A DNA stretch of 64,000 nt from Vicugna vicugna (lineage: Eukaryota), in the NCBI GenBank assembly GCA_013265495.1, contig MU058384.1:3829239-3893238 (forward strand). The letters run 5' to 3'. This document shows positions 24,881-37,177 of the stretch, in pieces; position 1 is the first letter of the stretch, and the number at the start of each line of letters is the position of its first letter. The notes beneath the pieces were generated by a model. The model made no database searches. It saw nothing but the letters and a program-made list of their open reading frames with translations, and was not told where the DNA came from. The position numbers and the translations under genes are program-made.

Positions 24881-26007
24881 TTGTTATCATTACAAGCAGG
24901 CTAAAAACAGTTATCCAGTATCTTTAATTTTTTTTAACAACTAGATGGAAATGTCTTTTCATTGTATTAACTATTTCTAGGTACACCTTTCTTTTTAAGC
25001 CTACCCTTAGTAACAAGAGTAAAATGTAGATGTTGGTCAGATCCTCAAAGGGACCCATGAAAGCCTTTTCAATCTGTAACGTCTTTCAGAAATCAACTCA
25101 TCATTTTTAAAGAGTTTTAAGGGATAAAGAATAGAGAGCACCTTTGCAGGGGAATCTGTGAATGTTCTGAGTGTTCAGGAAAGGTACGCTGTCAAATGCT
25201 ACCTTCTGATACTGAATCAGGCTCTCCTGATATGATCCCTAAGATGCTTGTTCATAAAGGCATATTAATGAGTGCATACATCAGTGAGTGCATACAGAGA
25301 GGCAGGAGTGAGAACAGAAATAACGATTATGTAAGTGGATGAAATACTCTAGACAGAAAACATTTCCCAGGGTAGACGGAGTTCCTTTGTAGGACAGTGG
25401 CACCAGAAAACCAGAAGCAGCATGTTTTTCTGTTGTGAAAACAAAGCTAATGTCAAAAAAATGTTTGCTGTTTAAACTGCTGGCAAGCACATAACTGATT
25501 TTTCACTAAGCTTCCAATTTCTGAATAACTCACATTTTTCTTCTTGAACATATTTTCATGTTATTATGATACTGCCTGTGAATCTTTACTTTGGGTGCAG
25601 TTTACTTGGTGGTAAGAAAAGAAACAGTTTATCATTATTCCCTGTCTGACTTTAAAGTATTCCCTTCATGACAGCTTTCAAGCTTTTTAATATAATCTTT
25701 TCCCATCAAAACATAAACATGAAAGTGTGCTCCCAAATGAAAATGTATTGAAAGAAAGAACTTGATGGTGCATTTCTCTTTTACTTTAATAGACTCCTAG
25801 ATATTGTAATTTTCATAGCCCAATTGAGGAATTTAATTTTAATGATGCAATAACAAAATGTGCAATACAAAATAAGCATAATAAAAATCCCATTGTTTCT
25901 TAAAGTTAAATGAGGATAAATAACATTCTACTGTGTTTCCTTTAAGGATGAAATGTTTCTTGCTCAAAGTTAAAAAAAAAATTCACCTTGAGAGGGGGAA
26001 TTTGTCT

Positions 26008-26335
26008 AAATATTGTATTTAATTTTTTTTGCTATTTTTTTTTGAGGGGGAGTTACTTAGGTCTATTTATTTATTTATTTTAATGGAAGTACTGGGGATT
26101 GAACCCAGGACCTCACACAGATTAAGCATGCACCCTACCACTGAACTATACCCTCCCCCTGAAATATTGTATTTAATTTTTTTTGCTATTTTTTTTTGAG
26201 GGGGAGTTACTTAGGTCTATTTATTTATTTATTTTAATGGAAGTACTGGGGATTGAACCCAGGACCTCACACAGATTAAGCATGCACCCTACCACTGAAC
26301 TATACCCTCCCCCTGAAATATTGTATTTAATTTTT
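26008..26335 (-). mobile_element. Tandem duplication (2 x 154 bp, identical) of a Vic-1-like SINE plus its TSD
   Basis: Units 26008-26161 and 26162-26315 are identical by eye. AAATATTGTATTTAATTTTT starts at 26008, 26162 and 26316. Confidence 0.92.
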
Positions 26336-26423
26336 AATATGTGAAGTAGTCCATTTGGTCCATTCTTATAATTCATTGATGAATAAGGAATGGTTTTCAG
26401 GATGGAGTTTGAAGTGAGCACCT

Positions 26424-26580
26424 CGTGTTTTTTTGTTTGTTTGTTTGTTTGGGGGTGTTGTTTTGCAGGGGAGGTAATTAGGTTTATTTTATTTATTTTT
26501 TAGTGGAGGTACTGAGGATTGACCCCAGGACCTTGTGCACGCTAAGCACGCATTCTACCACTAAGCTATGCTCTCTCCGC
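26424..26580 (-). mobile_element. Camelid tRNA-derived SINE (Vic-1-like)
   Basis: ggaggtactgaggattgaccccaggacc...ctaccactaagctat. TSD TGAAGTGAGC(A/G)CCT at 26410-26423 and 26581-26594. Confidence 0.88.
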
Positions 26581-27275
26581 TGAAGTGAGCGCCTTTTGAT
26601 TGCAAGGAATTGACACTCTAAGGGCAATTGAAGTACTGGCGACATGTTGTTGGTAGACATACGTAGCAATAAGGGAAGTGGACTCGAGGTTAATTCCAAC
26701 CATAGTGCTTAGCCGAGCCTCACAGAAACTGAAACGAGAGTGTGATACCTGGAGACTTCAAGTCCCAGAATTTTGTACATCTATTCTCTGGCTCGGTTGC
26801 TGTTAGCCCCCTTGGTGTGTCATTTCTGTTTCTGTCAACTTCTCTCCCTTCCGATTATCATTCTCAGCTCTGTTGCTTCTGCTCCCTCCTTTCCTTATAG
26901 CTGGACATACTCTTGCCCCTATTTTATGACTTCTCTCTCTGGGCAGACTTTGAACCTGCAATCCTATGGCTTACTGCCTGATTAAAATTTCAGAGAGTGG
27001 AATCTTACTGCCTTAGCCTGTCCCTGTTGGGGCAAAGCTTTGTATACCTGACTATATCATGGCTATTGGACCATGCATGCGGTGGCTGCCTTCCTCTCAA
27101 AGTCTGACTACTTCTTTTTTGGAGAGAAAGGAGCCAGATAGTTCAAATACGGTCTTTCCCTTTAACAGGGGGCATTTTGAAGCCCAAATCTTTGCAGCAG
27201 GGGCTGCAGGATGGCGGGTCTGCAGCTGATAATCCAGCACAGATCTACTGACAGATGGTTGGTTTTTATTCGCAG

Positions 27276-27461
27276 GGGGCTGAAGAACCCAAACTGAAAT
27301 GGGAGCACATTACAACCCTTGTCACAAGCCTCAGAGAATTTGTGAGGTCCACTGACCGAAAGATCATAGCCACCACCCTGTCAAAGCTGAAGCTGGAGCT
27401 GGACTTCGACAGCCACGGCATTAGTCAAGTCCAGGTGGTGCTCTTCGGTTTCCAAGATGCT
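27276..27461 (+). CDS. MAP3K5: MAP3K5 exon (~24)
   Basis: ttcgcag| ... GCT|gtaagt. 62 codons, GAEEPKLKWEHITTLVTSLREFVRSTDRK...QVQVVLFGFQDA. Confidence 0.96.
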
Positions 27462-27830
27462 GTAAGTGTGACATTTTGCCCATGTTTTTCCACAGACTCT
27501 GGCTAAAATTAGAGAATAGGGTAAAAACATAAGTTCTGTTATCTTTTCTCTCTTTAATAATTCAATGTACTCTATTCTCTTTGGATCGTTAAGTAAGCGT
27601 GAGATGGTTGCCTGACCGTGTGCCTCAAAGTACCAGATTTGTTGTTTGGTAAGTTTGCCTCTCCTCAGATTAGATACACATAAGATAGCACCATGGAAAA
27701 TAACAAAACTCACAACATCTCCCATGGTTGCACTTCATTCTTATGAAATCATGTAGTCGGCCACTGTTTATTTTGATGATTTTAGCAACAAAGCACTCTT
27801 CACTCTGCACTTTCAAATTCTGTGTGAGAA

Positions 27831-27847
27831 GTGCCATCTAGTGGTCA
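27831..27847 (-). promoter_or_regulatory. CTCF motif match
   Basis: The reverse strand reads TGACCACTAGATGGCAC, matching the CCASYAGRKGGCRS core. Confidence 0.6.
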
Positions 27848-28722
27848 TTGAGAAAAATGTAACCATTCAGATCAGAAGGATCACCGAGGAATAAAACCGG
27901 TAATTATTTCCTCCCCTGCTCTGGTTTCCATACAGGACATTTAAAACATGCTTGTTTAATAAATATTCACTATTTCCTAGCCAGCAATATACTTCAGATC
28001 ACAGGGCATCGCTGGATGAAATTTAATCCACAGGATCCACTGAGAGATCGCTGAGGAGTCCTCTCTCTCCTATTGAGTTGCTATGCAACACAAAATTTGA
28101 GGCCAGGTTTCCAGAAGCCTGATTCAAAACCATGTGTTATTCTTGAATGAGATTTGTCTGTGGAACTTTGTACCAGAAAAAGCCTGAAGTCACTCCCAGA
28201 AGTCCCTTATGAAGTGTGGGAGACTGAAATAAGACAGTTCTTGACAGTACCTTCTTGGAAATAAGCAAGCACTTGGCATAATTTCATTTAAATTCCCCTA
28301 GTTAATTCACTCCTAATGTGTTTATTGCTCCTACATAGGGGATGTCCTGGCAGTTGCATTTGGTGCATCAAATGATCCCTGATTTAAAACCAAGGTATAA
28401 CTCCTCAGTGGCCACTTGTGCTCTCTGGAACTCAGTGTCAGGCACTCGGTCCAGTGCTGTATGGTAGGCAGGGCAACACTCCTGACTCGACTGGGATCAT
28501 GGGAAATGAAAACAGCCAGCAAAGCCTATTGCTAGTATTAAATGCTAAAGGTGCACTGACTGTAACTAGGGAACCCCAGCCATCTGCAAATAGAATGAAT
28601 TAATTTAGTGAATTTGTACTTGTCCACACATTTGGCTTCCAGCCTAGAGGTTGGAAAGCAAATTGACCAGTAGAATTCAGATTGAGAGTGGGTTAATTGT
28701 AGTCCTGGGCCACATGCCGGGG

Positions 28723-28750
<28 letters not shown>
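28723..28750. repeat. (CA)14 microsatellite
   Basis: Counted directly. Confidence 0.95.
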
Positions 28751-28754
<4 letters not shown>

Positions 28755-29314
28755 GCACTTGCTCACTCAGTGTCCAGGAGGGGAGTGAACCCAAAGAATG
28801 GGCCCTCCGTAATATGCTGTTTAGTGAAGGACTGTGAGGAGCAGCTCGTGGCTGTAGAGGATCCCTTTTCCATCTTCTGTGTGTGACTCTTGAGAGAAGT
28901 ATTCTTATTTAGTAAATGGTATGCCCCTCATTAGTCAGATAAGCAGGCAAATCCTTTATGACAGTACTAGGACAAAGTCATTTTGAATTTTCAAGAACAT
29001 GTGGGAACCTCGCAGTAGTTTGCTTCCTTGGGAGCAACTGCTCTGAGGAATTCCTGAGACCAACTCCCTTCTAAACTGGGGGATTTTGATGAAGATCAAT
29101 CAAGGGCAGGAATAAGCAATCAGAACTCTAGCTTTTGTGAGATGACATCTGGGTCACCTTCTTCCCAGCTTCCTCCAAGATCTCTAGTCACAGCCCTGTT
29201 GGAAAAATAGCTTCTTTTCCTCAAGGCCCATGTCAACTAGCAATTAAGGGAGTTAATCTAAATTTTAAATAAGCTTCTCTTAGCCTTATAATAAAAGTTA
29301 TTTTTAAAAACATG

Positions 29315-29647
29315 GCTTATACCTACAATGGAATATTATTCACCCATAAAAAGAAGGAAATTCTGAAATCTTACACTTATTGAAATAAGGCAGACACAAA
29401 AACACTGTATGATTTCACTTACATGAAATACCGAAAGTAGTCAAATTCACAGACAGGAAGTATAATGGTGGTTGCCAGGGGCTGGGAGGTCACAGCAAAG
29501 AGGGGTGGGGGTTATTGTTTAATGGGTATAGAGTTTTAGTTTTGCAAGATGAAGAGCTCTAGAGATGGATTGTGGTGCTGGTAGCACAGCAATATGAATG
29601 TACTTAATGTCACTGAACTGTACACTTAAAAATGCTTAAGATGGTAA
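29315..29647 (+). mobile_element. L1MB-type 3' end (resumes at 30216-30262)
   Basis: tacaatggaatattattca...tggtggttgccaggggctggg...ttttgcaagatgaa...cactgaactgtacacttaaaaatg. Confidence 0.8.
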
Positions 29648-30215
29648 TTTTTTAATTGAAGTATAGTTGGTTTACAATGTTATGTTAGTTTCTAGTATAC
29701 AACAAAGTGATTCAGTTATATATATATATATAAATCTATTCTTTTTTGGATTCTTTTCCATTTTAGTTATTGATTGTAGTTCCCTGTGCTATACAGTAGG
29801 ACCTGTTGTTTATCTATTTGATACATAGTAGTTTGTATCTGCTAATTCCAAACTCCTAATTTACCCCTTCCCCCCCTTTCCCCTTTGGTAACCATAAGTT
29901 TGTTTTCTATGTCTGTGAGTTTGTTTCTGTTTTGTGAATAAGTTCATTTGTATCATTTTTTTCAGATTCCACTTACAGGCGATATTATATAGTATTTGTG
30001 TTTCTTTGGCTAACTTCCTTCACTTAGTATGATAATCTCTAGGTCCCTCCATGTTGCTAAAAATGGCATTATTTCATCCTTTTATGGCTGAGTAGTATTC
30101 CATTGTGTATATATACTACATCTTATTTATCCATTCATCTGTCAATGGACATTTAGGTTGCTTTCACATCTTGGCTACTGTAAATAGCACTGCTATGAAC
30201 ATTGGAGTGCATGTA
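29648..30215 (-). mobile_element. Younger L1 3' end nested antisense inside the L1MB
   Basis: ttttttaattgaagtatagttggtttacaatgtt...gttccctgtgctatacagtagg...tttatggctgagtagtattccattgtg. Flanked by TAAGATGGTAA at 29637-29647 and 30216-30226. Confidence 0.85.
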
Positions 30216-30936
30216 TAAGATGGTAAATTTTGTTATGTGTATTTTACCATAATTTTTTAAAGGAAATAGAAAGGTAATGCATGTATCTATTTCAACATCT
30301 ATTTTAATGTGTGAAATGTTAATAGTCACTAAAAAATAAGATACTCTTAAACAGAGATTTTTAATGTGAACAGATGATCTGGAATGTTTTAGCAGATTAT
30401 TCCCCCATTTTAAAAGATATATGCAAGTGTGGGAACAAAAACAAGACATGCACTGTGGCAGATCCGTAGACAGTACATACTTGCTCATTTCACCCCTTTA
30501 CCAGTGTTTCCAAGTCACCCAAGTGACTTGGTTGTGTTAAATGGCAGTCATAACATTTAAGAATAGCATTTACTTTTATTATAGCCCGTTGGACTTTTTT
30601 CTTCCTTTACCATCTGCACCATTCAACCTGTAGACATTGTGAAAGGCGGAAGCTATAGGTTCTGAGTCCCAAAGAGGTACATTCCCATTTAATTAGACTG
30701 CCTTTCATTTAATCATTAGTGTGATGTATCTTGTTTGCCTAAATGGGGATCACCAAACTTCATTTTAAAGGGGCAGTTTTTCTTTAGTTTTCCAGTGAAT
30801 AAAGAAATTATTCATAATTCAAGGTGGAGAAACATTTAGTTATTTTGTTGATGGAATGTCATCCAAATGTGTGCATCAGCTAGGTTATTTGCAGTTAAAA
30901 TATTGAAGTAGACCAGATGTCACTCTCTTTCTCCAG

Positions 30937-31042
30937 GTCAATAAAGTTCTTCGGAACCATAACATCAAGCCACACTGGATGTTTGCCTTAGACAGTATCA
31001 TCCGAAAGGCGGTGCAGACAGCCATTACCATTCTGGTTCCAG
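30937..31042 (+). CDS. MAP3K5: MAP3K5 exon (~25)
   Basis: ctctttctccag| ... G|gtcaga. Translates [35 protein letters not shown]. Confidence 0.96.
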
Positions 31043-31373
31043 GTCAGAAATACTTTATTACTTTGCAAATATTTAGTGTTTGATATTTTCAATTACTGTT
31101 CATTTGTCATTTATGGTGTCTCCCTACTGCTTTTAGGACCAAGTTAGCCTTTTTTAAAAAAATCTTTCAAAGCCATCAAATAATATTTATTGAGTGCATA
31201 CAGTATGTACACCAAGCAAAACATTTACTGAGTGAGGAAGACTTGCTTTTTTGTCTTAAAGAGCACATTTGGAATGAAGAGAAAGAAAAAACTATACATG
31301 TAACCCAAATACATATGCCTTTTAATATCCAGATATTTGTTCCCACAAAATACATCCCTGTGCCATCCTTTTC

Positions 31374-31548
31374 CAGTGGTTCTCAAACCTGCCAGCTCAT
31401 GGAGTGACGTAAGGAGCTCTTTCAAATTACAGCTTTCAGAGCTCCATCCCGGACTGAGTAAGAATCTGCCGGGGATAAAGCCCAGGAATTTGATTTCCAT
31501 CCAGCTTCCAGGTCATTTTGATACACAGCCAGGTTTGGAAATCACTGG
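31374..31548. mobile_element. MER5A-like DNA transposon
   Basis: Terminal inverted repeats cagtggttctcaaacct ... aggtttggaaatcactg. Confidence 0.8.
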
Positions 31549-32869
31549 TCTAGACAGATCCCAGCTCTGTTAGCAGTGAGATACAAAAGCAGTAGTGTTC
31601 ATGAAACCAGGTTTTATAGAGTAAGTGAGAGAGGTATTCATATTCTAAGGCAAACTTCCAAAGTGTTTTGATAGAGTGCCCATTAATAAAAAATTTTAAG
31701 CAGAGCTCTTCCACCTGATGTGTGTTTGTGTGTATGTGTGTATGTGTAAATAGATAAATAGATTTAGACATATAAATTAGAAACATATACTATTGTACTA
31801 ATTTGTACATGTGTTATATTCGAAAACAGAAATTTTAAAAGACAAGGTAAACATGAAATATTTTAAATTTTATGTCTTTCATAAATGATACCACGAACTT
31901 TTAAGTCATCATCAACCCTTCTGAGTTGTAGAATTTCCTCTCTTCTCCCAGAATACCTTGTTTGATTTGAGAATGAGGGAACCAGTTTCAGTCTTTCTGT
32001 TGAACATTAACTTATGTTAGTGAAGATTAACTTACTCCTTTCTTCTGTAAGAAGGAAATAGAAGTTCTGACACCCCTGAGCTTTCCCCCTATGTGGCACA
32101 CACCTGCACCCCTTGCCCTGCCTGCCACCATACCTTTGTGTTCTTGTACCTTTGCATTCTTCAGGTATCATGTTAAAAGATGCCTCTTTACAGAGTCCTG
32201 ACATACCCTGAAGTCTAAAGTAGACTCCTCCTGGTACTCTCTTTCCTTGGAAATGGTTTTTCCGCATTGGTGACACTTGCCCAAATCGCAAACTACTTTT
32301 CTTGTCTAATGGCTATTTCCCTCTCCAGAGGGCAGCTGTGTCTGTTTCATTTTATCCTGTTCCAAGCATGTGGTCCAGCATGGTGCCTGGAAAACAACAG
32401 ACCCCTGATAAACACTGATTGAAACAATAAGTAAATGAATTTCACCTGATTATAACAAATTACAGTGAAAAGGTTTGTGTAAGCTTACAAAAAAATCCTA
32501 GTGAGATTTTTGAGGCACATGACTAGCAATTGGATATGAACCTGAGGGATCTGTAGCTTGTGTAAACCTGATGTAATGCTCTAAGGAAGTCAGCAAATAC
32601 TTATGGTTAAATGGTTTATCATTAGGATTGGCTTGGATGTGGGGAATGTTCCAAAGAAGGGTTATAAACCCAAAAGATACAAGGGGTGAGATGGAATAGG
32701 TGTGTATCATTAAAAGGGATGAGTATAGGTCATGAATTAAACCCAGTAATAACCTAAAGTAAGAATGCCCAAACAAGAAGAGGAGAGAGGGATTATACTT
32801 TGAAATAATTTAAATAGAATATAAATGGTCTGTTAATCTGATTTTTTTTTAAAAAGTCCTTTTAAAAAA

Positions 32870-33105
32870 GATTACCTAAATGCAATGGATTGTATCCTGG
32901 AATAGAAAAAAAAAATCAGTGAAAAACTGGCATAATCTGAATGAAATCTATAGTTTAGTTAACAGTATTGTGGCAATGTTAATTTCTCAGTTTTGACAAA
33001 GATTACATTGGGGGAGCTGGGTGGAAGGTAGACAGGAACTCTCTGTATTATTTTTGCAGTGCTTCTGTAAATCTAAAATTCTTCCAAAGCTGAAAGTTTA
33101 TAAAG
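32870..33105 (+). mobile_element. Old L1 (L1MC/ME) 3' fragment
   Basis: tatagtttagttaacagtattgtggcaatgttaatttc...ggaactctctgtattatttttgca...ctgtaaatctaaaatt. Confidence 0.7.
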
Positions 33106-33734
33106 CACATTGGTTGTCACAGTGTAGGTGAAAGACTGTTAAGTTTAGAGTGACAGAAACAGTGCAGGGAGGCGCTTCTCCCTGCATGGGTGTCCCAGGG
33201 ACGGGCACTGCTTTAACTCAGCCTATGTGTGGAGCCAGGTACCTGCCTTATGAGAAGGGGTTTGCTAAGCACAGTTATTTGTCCTTCCACTGTGAAAACA
33301 GTTTCTTTGAGGACACTAGGGGGTCCCTGATGACAATGGAAATCACCGTTTAAAAACATTTTAAAAAGTGGAAATTTTAGAAAATTACATGAAGAAAGTA
33401 TTTTGATATACTCCTTTCATGATAGGGGGAGACAGTATGCACTTTGCACCAACATATACATGAGGAAATATGTGAACAAGAGGAATTGATTTCAAGCATT
33501 TGACAATTCCATCAGACTTCCGAATGTCCCTAAACATTTTGTTATACAATTAAGATTTAAAGAAACTATACAAAAAATGCCTGTCTTTGTATTATCCTGA
33601 AAAAAAGTCCTTTTAGATGACAAAATGCTACAATTAACCCACCAAATTTTGAAAGACATGGTAAAGAAACCAACAAATTCAAAAGTTTACCATCATCAGT
33701 ACATACATTTCCTAGATGTGTTTGCTGAGAGGAC

Positions 33735-34822
33735 TCAGAACTTAGTTTCTAAACACCAGCATCCAGTAAAAGGAATCAGAGCTCCTTGGAGAATTGGTTG
33801 ATTTCCAGGCCTGGGGAAGAGGAAATACAAGGTGAACCTGGAACTTATCGTGATGGCAAAAAGTAAGGAAGTGCCCCGGTAGGATGGAGGCTTATTGAAA
33901 AGCCACTGGAGATAGCTTGAAGGAGTTCCCCAAAGTCTAAGCCAGGATAAATTAAGCAAAAAATAAAATAAAATAATAACAGTATTGGATTATAGCCCAT
34001 AGAATAAATTAAACTTCTCTGAGTCCATACTAATATAAGTAATTGAATAAATATATGGAGGAGAAGGGCCAGCTCTTTGTTTTAGTAGAATTCCAATTAA
34101 TAAATGGAGAAGGAATGAGGGAAATGGAAAATCACAACATTAGGCAAACAACACAATAATAATTATCTCAAGCAAGAGCCATTAATGGCTGCTAAGATTA
34201 GTAGGTGAAAGAGTGCTGAGAAACAGGGTATGTTTGGTCTCAGAGACTCTCCCCACAGGTATCTACTAATTACAAAGAGAAAACAGTGACTTCCCCTTTA
34301 CCAGAAGATCAAGGTAAGTATCACTCATCATAAAACACATCAGCATCGTGTGCCTCCTGATAGGGTGCACTTAGAAGGGCACAGCATCACCTTTGTGGTA
34401 TTCTTGCCAAAAATGCATATCCTCAACCTAATCATGGAGAGACATAAGTGAACCAAAAATGAGGACACTGTACAAAATAACTGACCAGGACTCCTCAAAA
34501 GAATGGAGGTCATGGGAAATAAGGAAATACTAGGGTATGGTCACAGATTGGAAGAGACTAAGGGAACATGATGACGATATACAGTGTGACATCCTAGATC
34601 AGAAAAAGGACATTACTGGGAAAACTGGTGAAATTCAAATAAGGTCTGTAGATCAGTTAATAATATTGTATCAATGTTAACTTCCTGGTTTTGGTCATGG
34701 TGCCAAAGTTGTATAAGATGTTAAGTTTAGGGCAAAAGGGTATGCAGGGACTCTCTGTGCTGTTTTTGCAACTTTCTGTTATTCTAAAATTATTTCAAAG
34801 TAGAAAGTAAAAAAAAAAAAAA
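33735..34822 (+). mobile_element. L1MC-type 3' UTR with poly(A) tail
   Basis: ggaaatacaaggtgaacctggaac...aatgcatatcctcaacctaatcatg...tacaaaataactgacc...ctaaaattatttcaaa followed by an A run. Confidence 0.75.
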
Positions 34823-36512
34823 GTGTTCAGTCTTCTTTCTTCTAAAAAGGAACACACAGAACAGAGAGTACAGTGCCCCAGAACAGAGAGGAAGCTCTGT
34901 AAGAGTTTTTTCTCAAGCTATTTTCCCACTTGTCTTCAAGGATCAGCCTGTAGCTTACTGGCAACATTAAGTATCTGTTGTTAACTCCTCAAGAACAGGC
35001 TGGCTGTGGGTGACCAGATGGAGAAATGCTGAGCGCGTTGCCAGTGCCAAGATAGAGAGAACTGACAATGTAGGCATACTTCTTATATGAACTGTAATTG
35101 TTTAAACTGCTAGAGCACCTGGTGTTACTACCATGGACACCCTCAGTCAGTCACGTGCCCCGCATCCACGTTAATGTAAAGGGACAGCATCCCGAACAGT
35201 ATGAAGTGCTTGGTGCAGATATCAAAAGCTGCAATGACAAGTATCGCGATCCTGTTTGGCATCAGAAATAACTTGTATTAAAGAAGCTTGGTCTAGTTAT
35301 TTTCCTCTGGGGAAATAACCAGTTGGGGTGGCGTGGGAGGGTAGGAAGGTGGGAGGAGTAGTGTTGTTTGATCCCGTCTTGCTGTTTTGGAAAAATGCAC
35401 CAGCTCTAGGTTCCCACACGTAGGCTTAAATACTGTCTACTCCCTGCCTTTCTCCTGACACTTGGCTCTCTCCTGACAGTCCTCTCTGCTTTCCATTCTT
35501 CTCGGGGGACTCATTTGAGCTTCCTTCTCTCAAACACCTTTCCCCACCCAGCTAAGGCTTTCCCTTCTGCCTCCATGAATCCATCAAGGGGTAAACCGCC
35601 ATTGGGCTTAGTCATTGCAGGTATACTTAATTACCCCTTAGCATGCTTGCTGCATGTTCCTGTGAATTCTGTAGGTAGCTAGGTGTATAACTGAGCTCAT
35701 CTAAGGTATTTTAAGCTGTGTTAACTTGTACTCATAATTTCATGTTGTCTTTGTATGTGCTCCTATGCCTCCTATGCCTCTGCATACTTGTCCTAGTTCT
35801 CCTTTAGATCGTTATCTCTTTGAGGACAAAGACCAGATGCCCTGGCTCATTTGCATATTTTACAATTCCTGATTCAATGATGTGTGCTCAGGGAGCCACC
35901 ATGAAAGACCAAACTAAGTATTGCATCCACTTACAATTTTCTACTTTCTTCAACTTCTTGAGAAAATTTTTTTGTCATTCATATATAAGTAAAATGATAC
36001 TTTATGATAATTTAAAGTGTACAGATTTAGGGGAATATAAGGGGACCTTTAAATGTAATAATAAATATCAGAATATTTTCCTCCCCCAAAGTGAGGTTTG
36101 ATTCAACAGGACAATTAAACTTTTAAGTTGTTGTTAAGATTTCAGTTTAGAGACCATAAAAGAAATTTAAGAATAATTTTAGAAAATTTTAAGAGGCCTA
36201 ATCTTGTTCTAATTTAATATAGAATTGCACTTTCTTAAACTATTTTTAAAATAAGATATTTCTTTCAATATTTTGTTCCCATATATACAAATAATCCTAG
36301 TAAGGTAACTTCCAAATCTGCCAACATTCTTTTAGAGACTAATATGTCTTAGCCCCTATACCAGGTGCTGGGTTTGCAAAACTTAAACACCTGGTGTTGA
36401 GTCATACCTACTATAGATGAATCTGCATTCTTTTTGCATAGACTTTTGCAAAAAGAAAGGACATAATGCAGAAAGCAGTGTAGTGGTGGAGTTTGGTTAA
36501 CCTTAAGAGATA

Positions 36513-37177
36513 AAGGATGAGTATTTGGAGAAATTGGAACTCTTGTGCACTATTGGTGAGATTGTAAAATGGTGCCACCACTCTGAAAGACAGTATAGGG
36601 GCTCCTCAAAAAATTAAATATAGAACTACCATATGTTACACCAACTGCAATTCTGGATATATATTCAAAAAGTTGAAAGCAGAGTCTCAAAGAGATATTT
36701 GCACACCCAAGTTCATAGCAGCATTATTCACAATAGCCAAGAGGTTGAAACAACACAAGTGTCCATTGATAGATGAATGGATAAACAAAATGTGGCATAT
36801 ACATTCAATGGAATATTATTCAGCCTTACAAAGGAAGAAAATTGTGACCCATGCTAGAATATGGATGAACCTTAAGGACATTATGCTAAGTGAAATAAGC
36901 CAGTCACAAAAAGACAAAAACTGCATGATTCCACTTACATGAGGTATCAGTAGCAGCCAAATTCATTGAAACAGAAAGTAGAAATGTGGTTGCCAAGAAC
37001 AGAGAGGAGGGGAGAATGGAGAGTTGCTGAATGAGTATAGAGTTTTGGTTTTGCAGGATGAAAAAGTTCTGGAGATGAGTATAAACGTGAATATACTTAA
37101 CACTAATAAACGGCATGCTTAGAAGTGGTTAAAATGGTAAATTTCATGTCACGCATTTTTTTCACCATACTAAAAAA
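36513..37177 (+). mobile_element. L1MB-type ORF2 C-terminus and 3' UTR
   Basis: ORF 36673..36942 (CTPKFIAALFTIAKR..KCP..DEWINKMWHIHSMEYYSA) is the conserved L1 ORF2p C-terminus. Confidence 0.88.

Noticed and set aside
26008..26335. Three spaced 20-bp direct repeats resembling a CRISPR array
   Set aside because: The 'spacers' are identical SINE copies in a mammalian intron, and there are no cas genes.
36673..36942. 89-aa ORF with protein-like sequence
   Set aside because: A fragment of the L1 ORF2p C-terminus from a truncated element.
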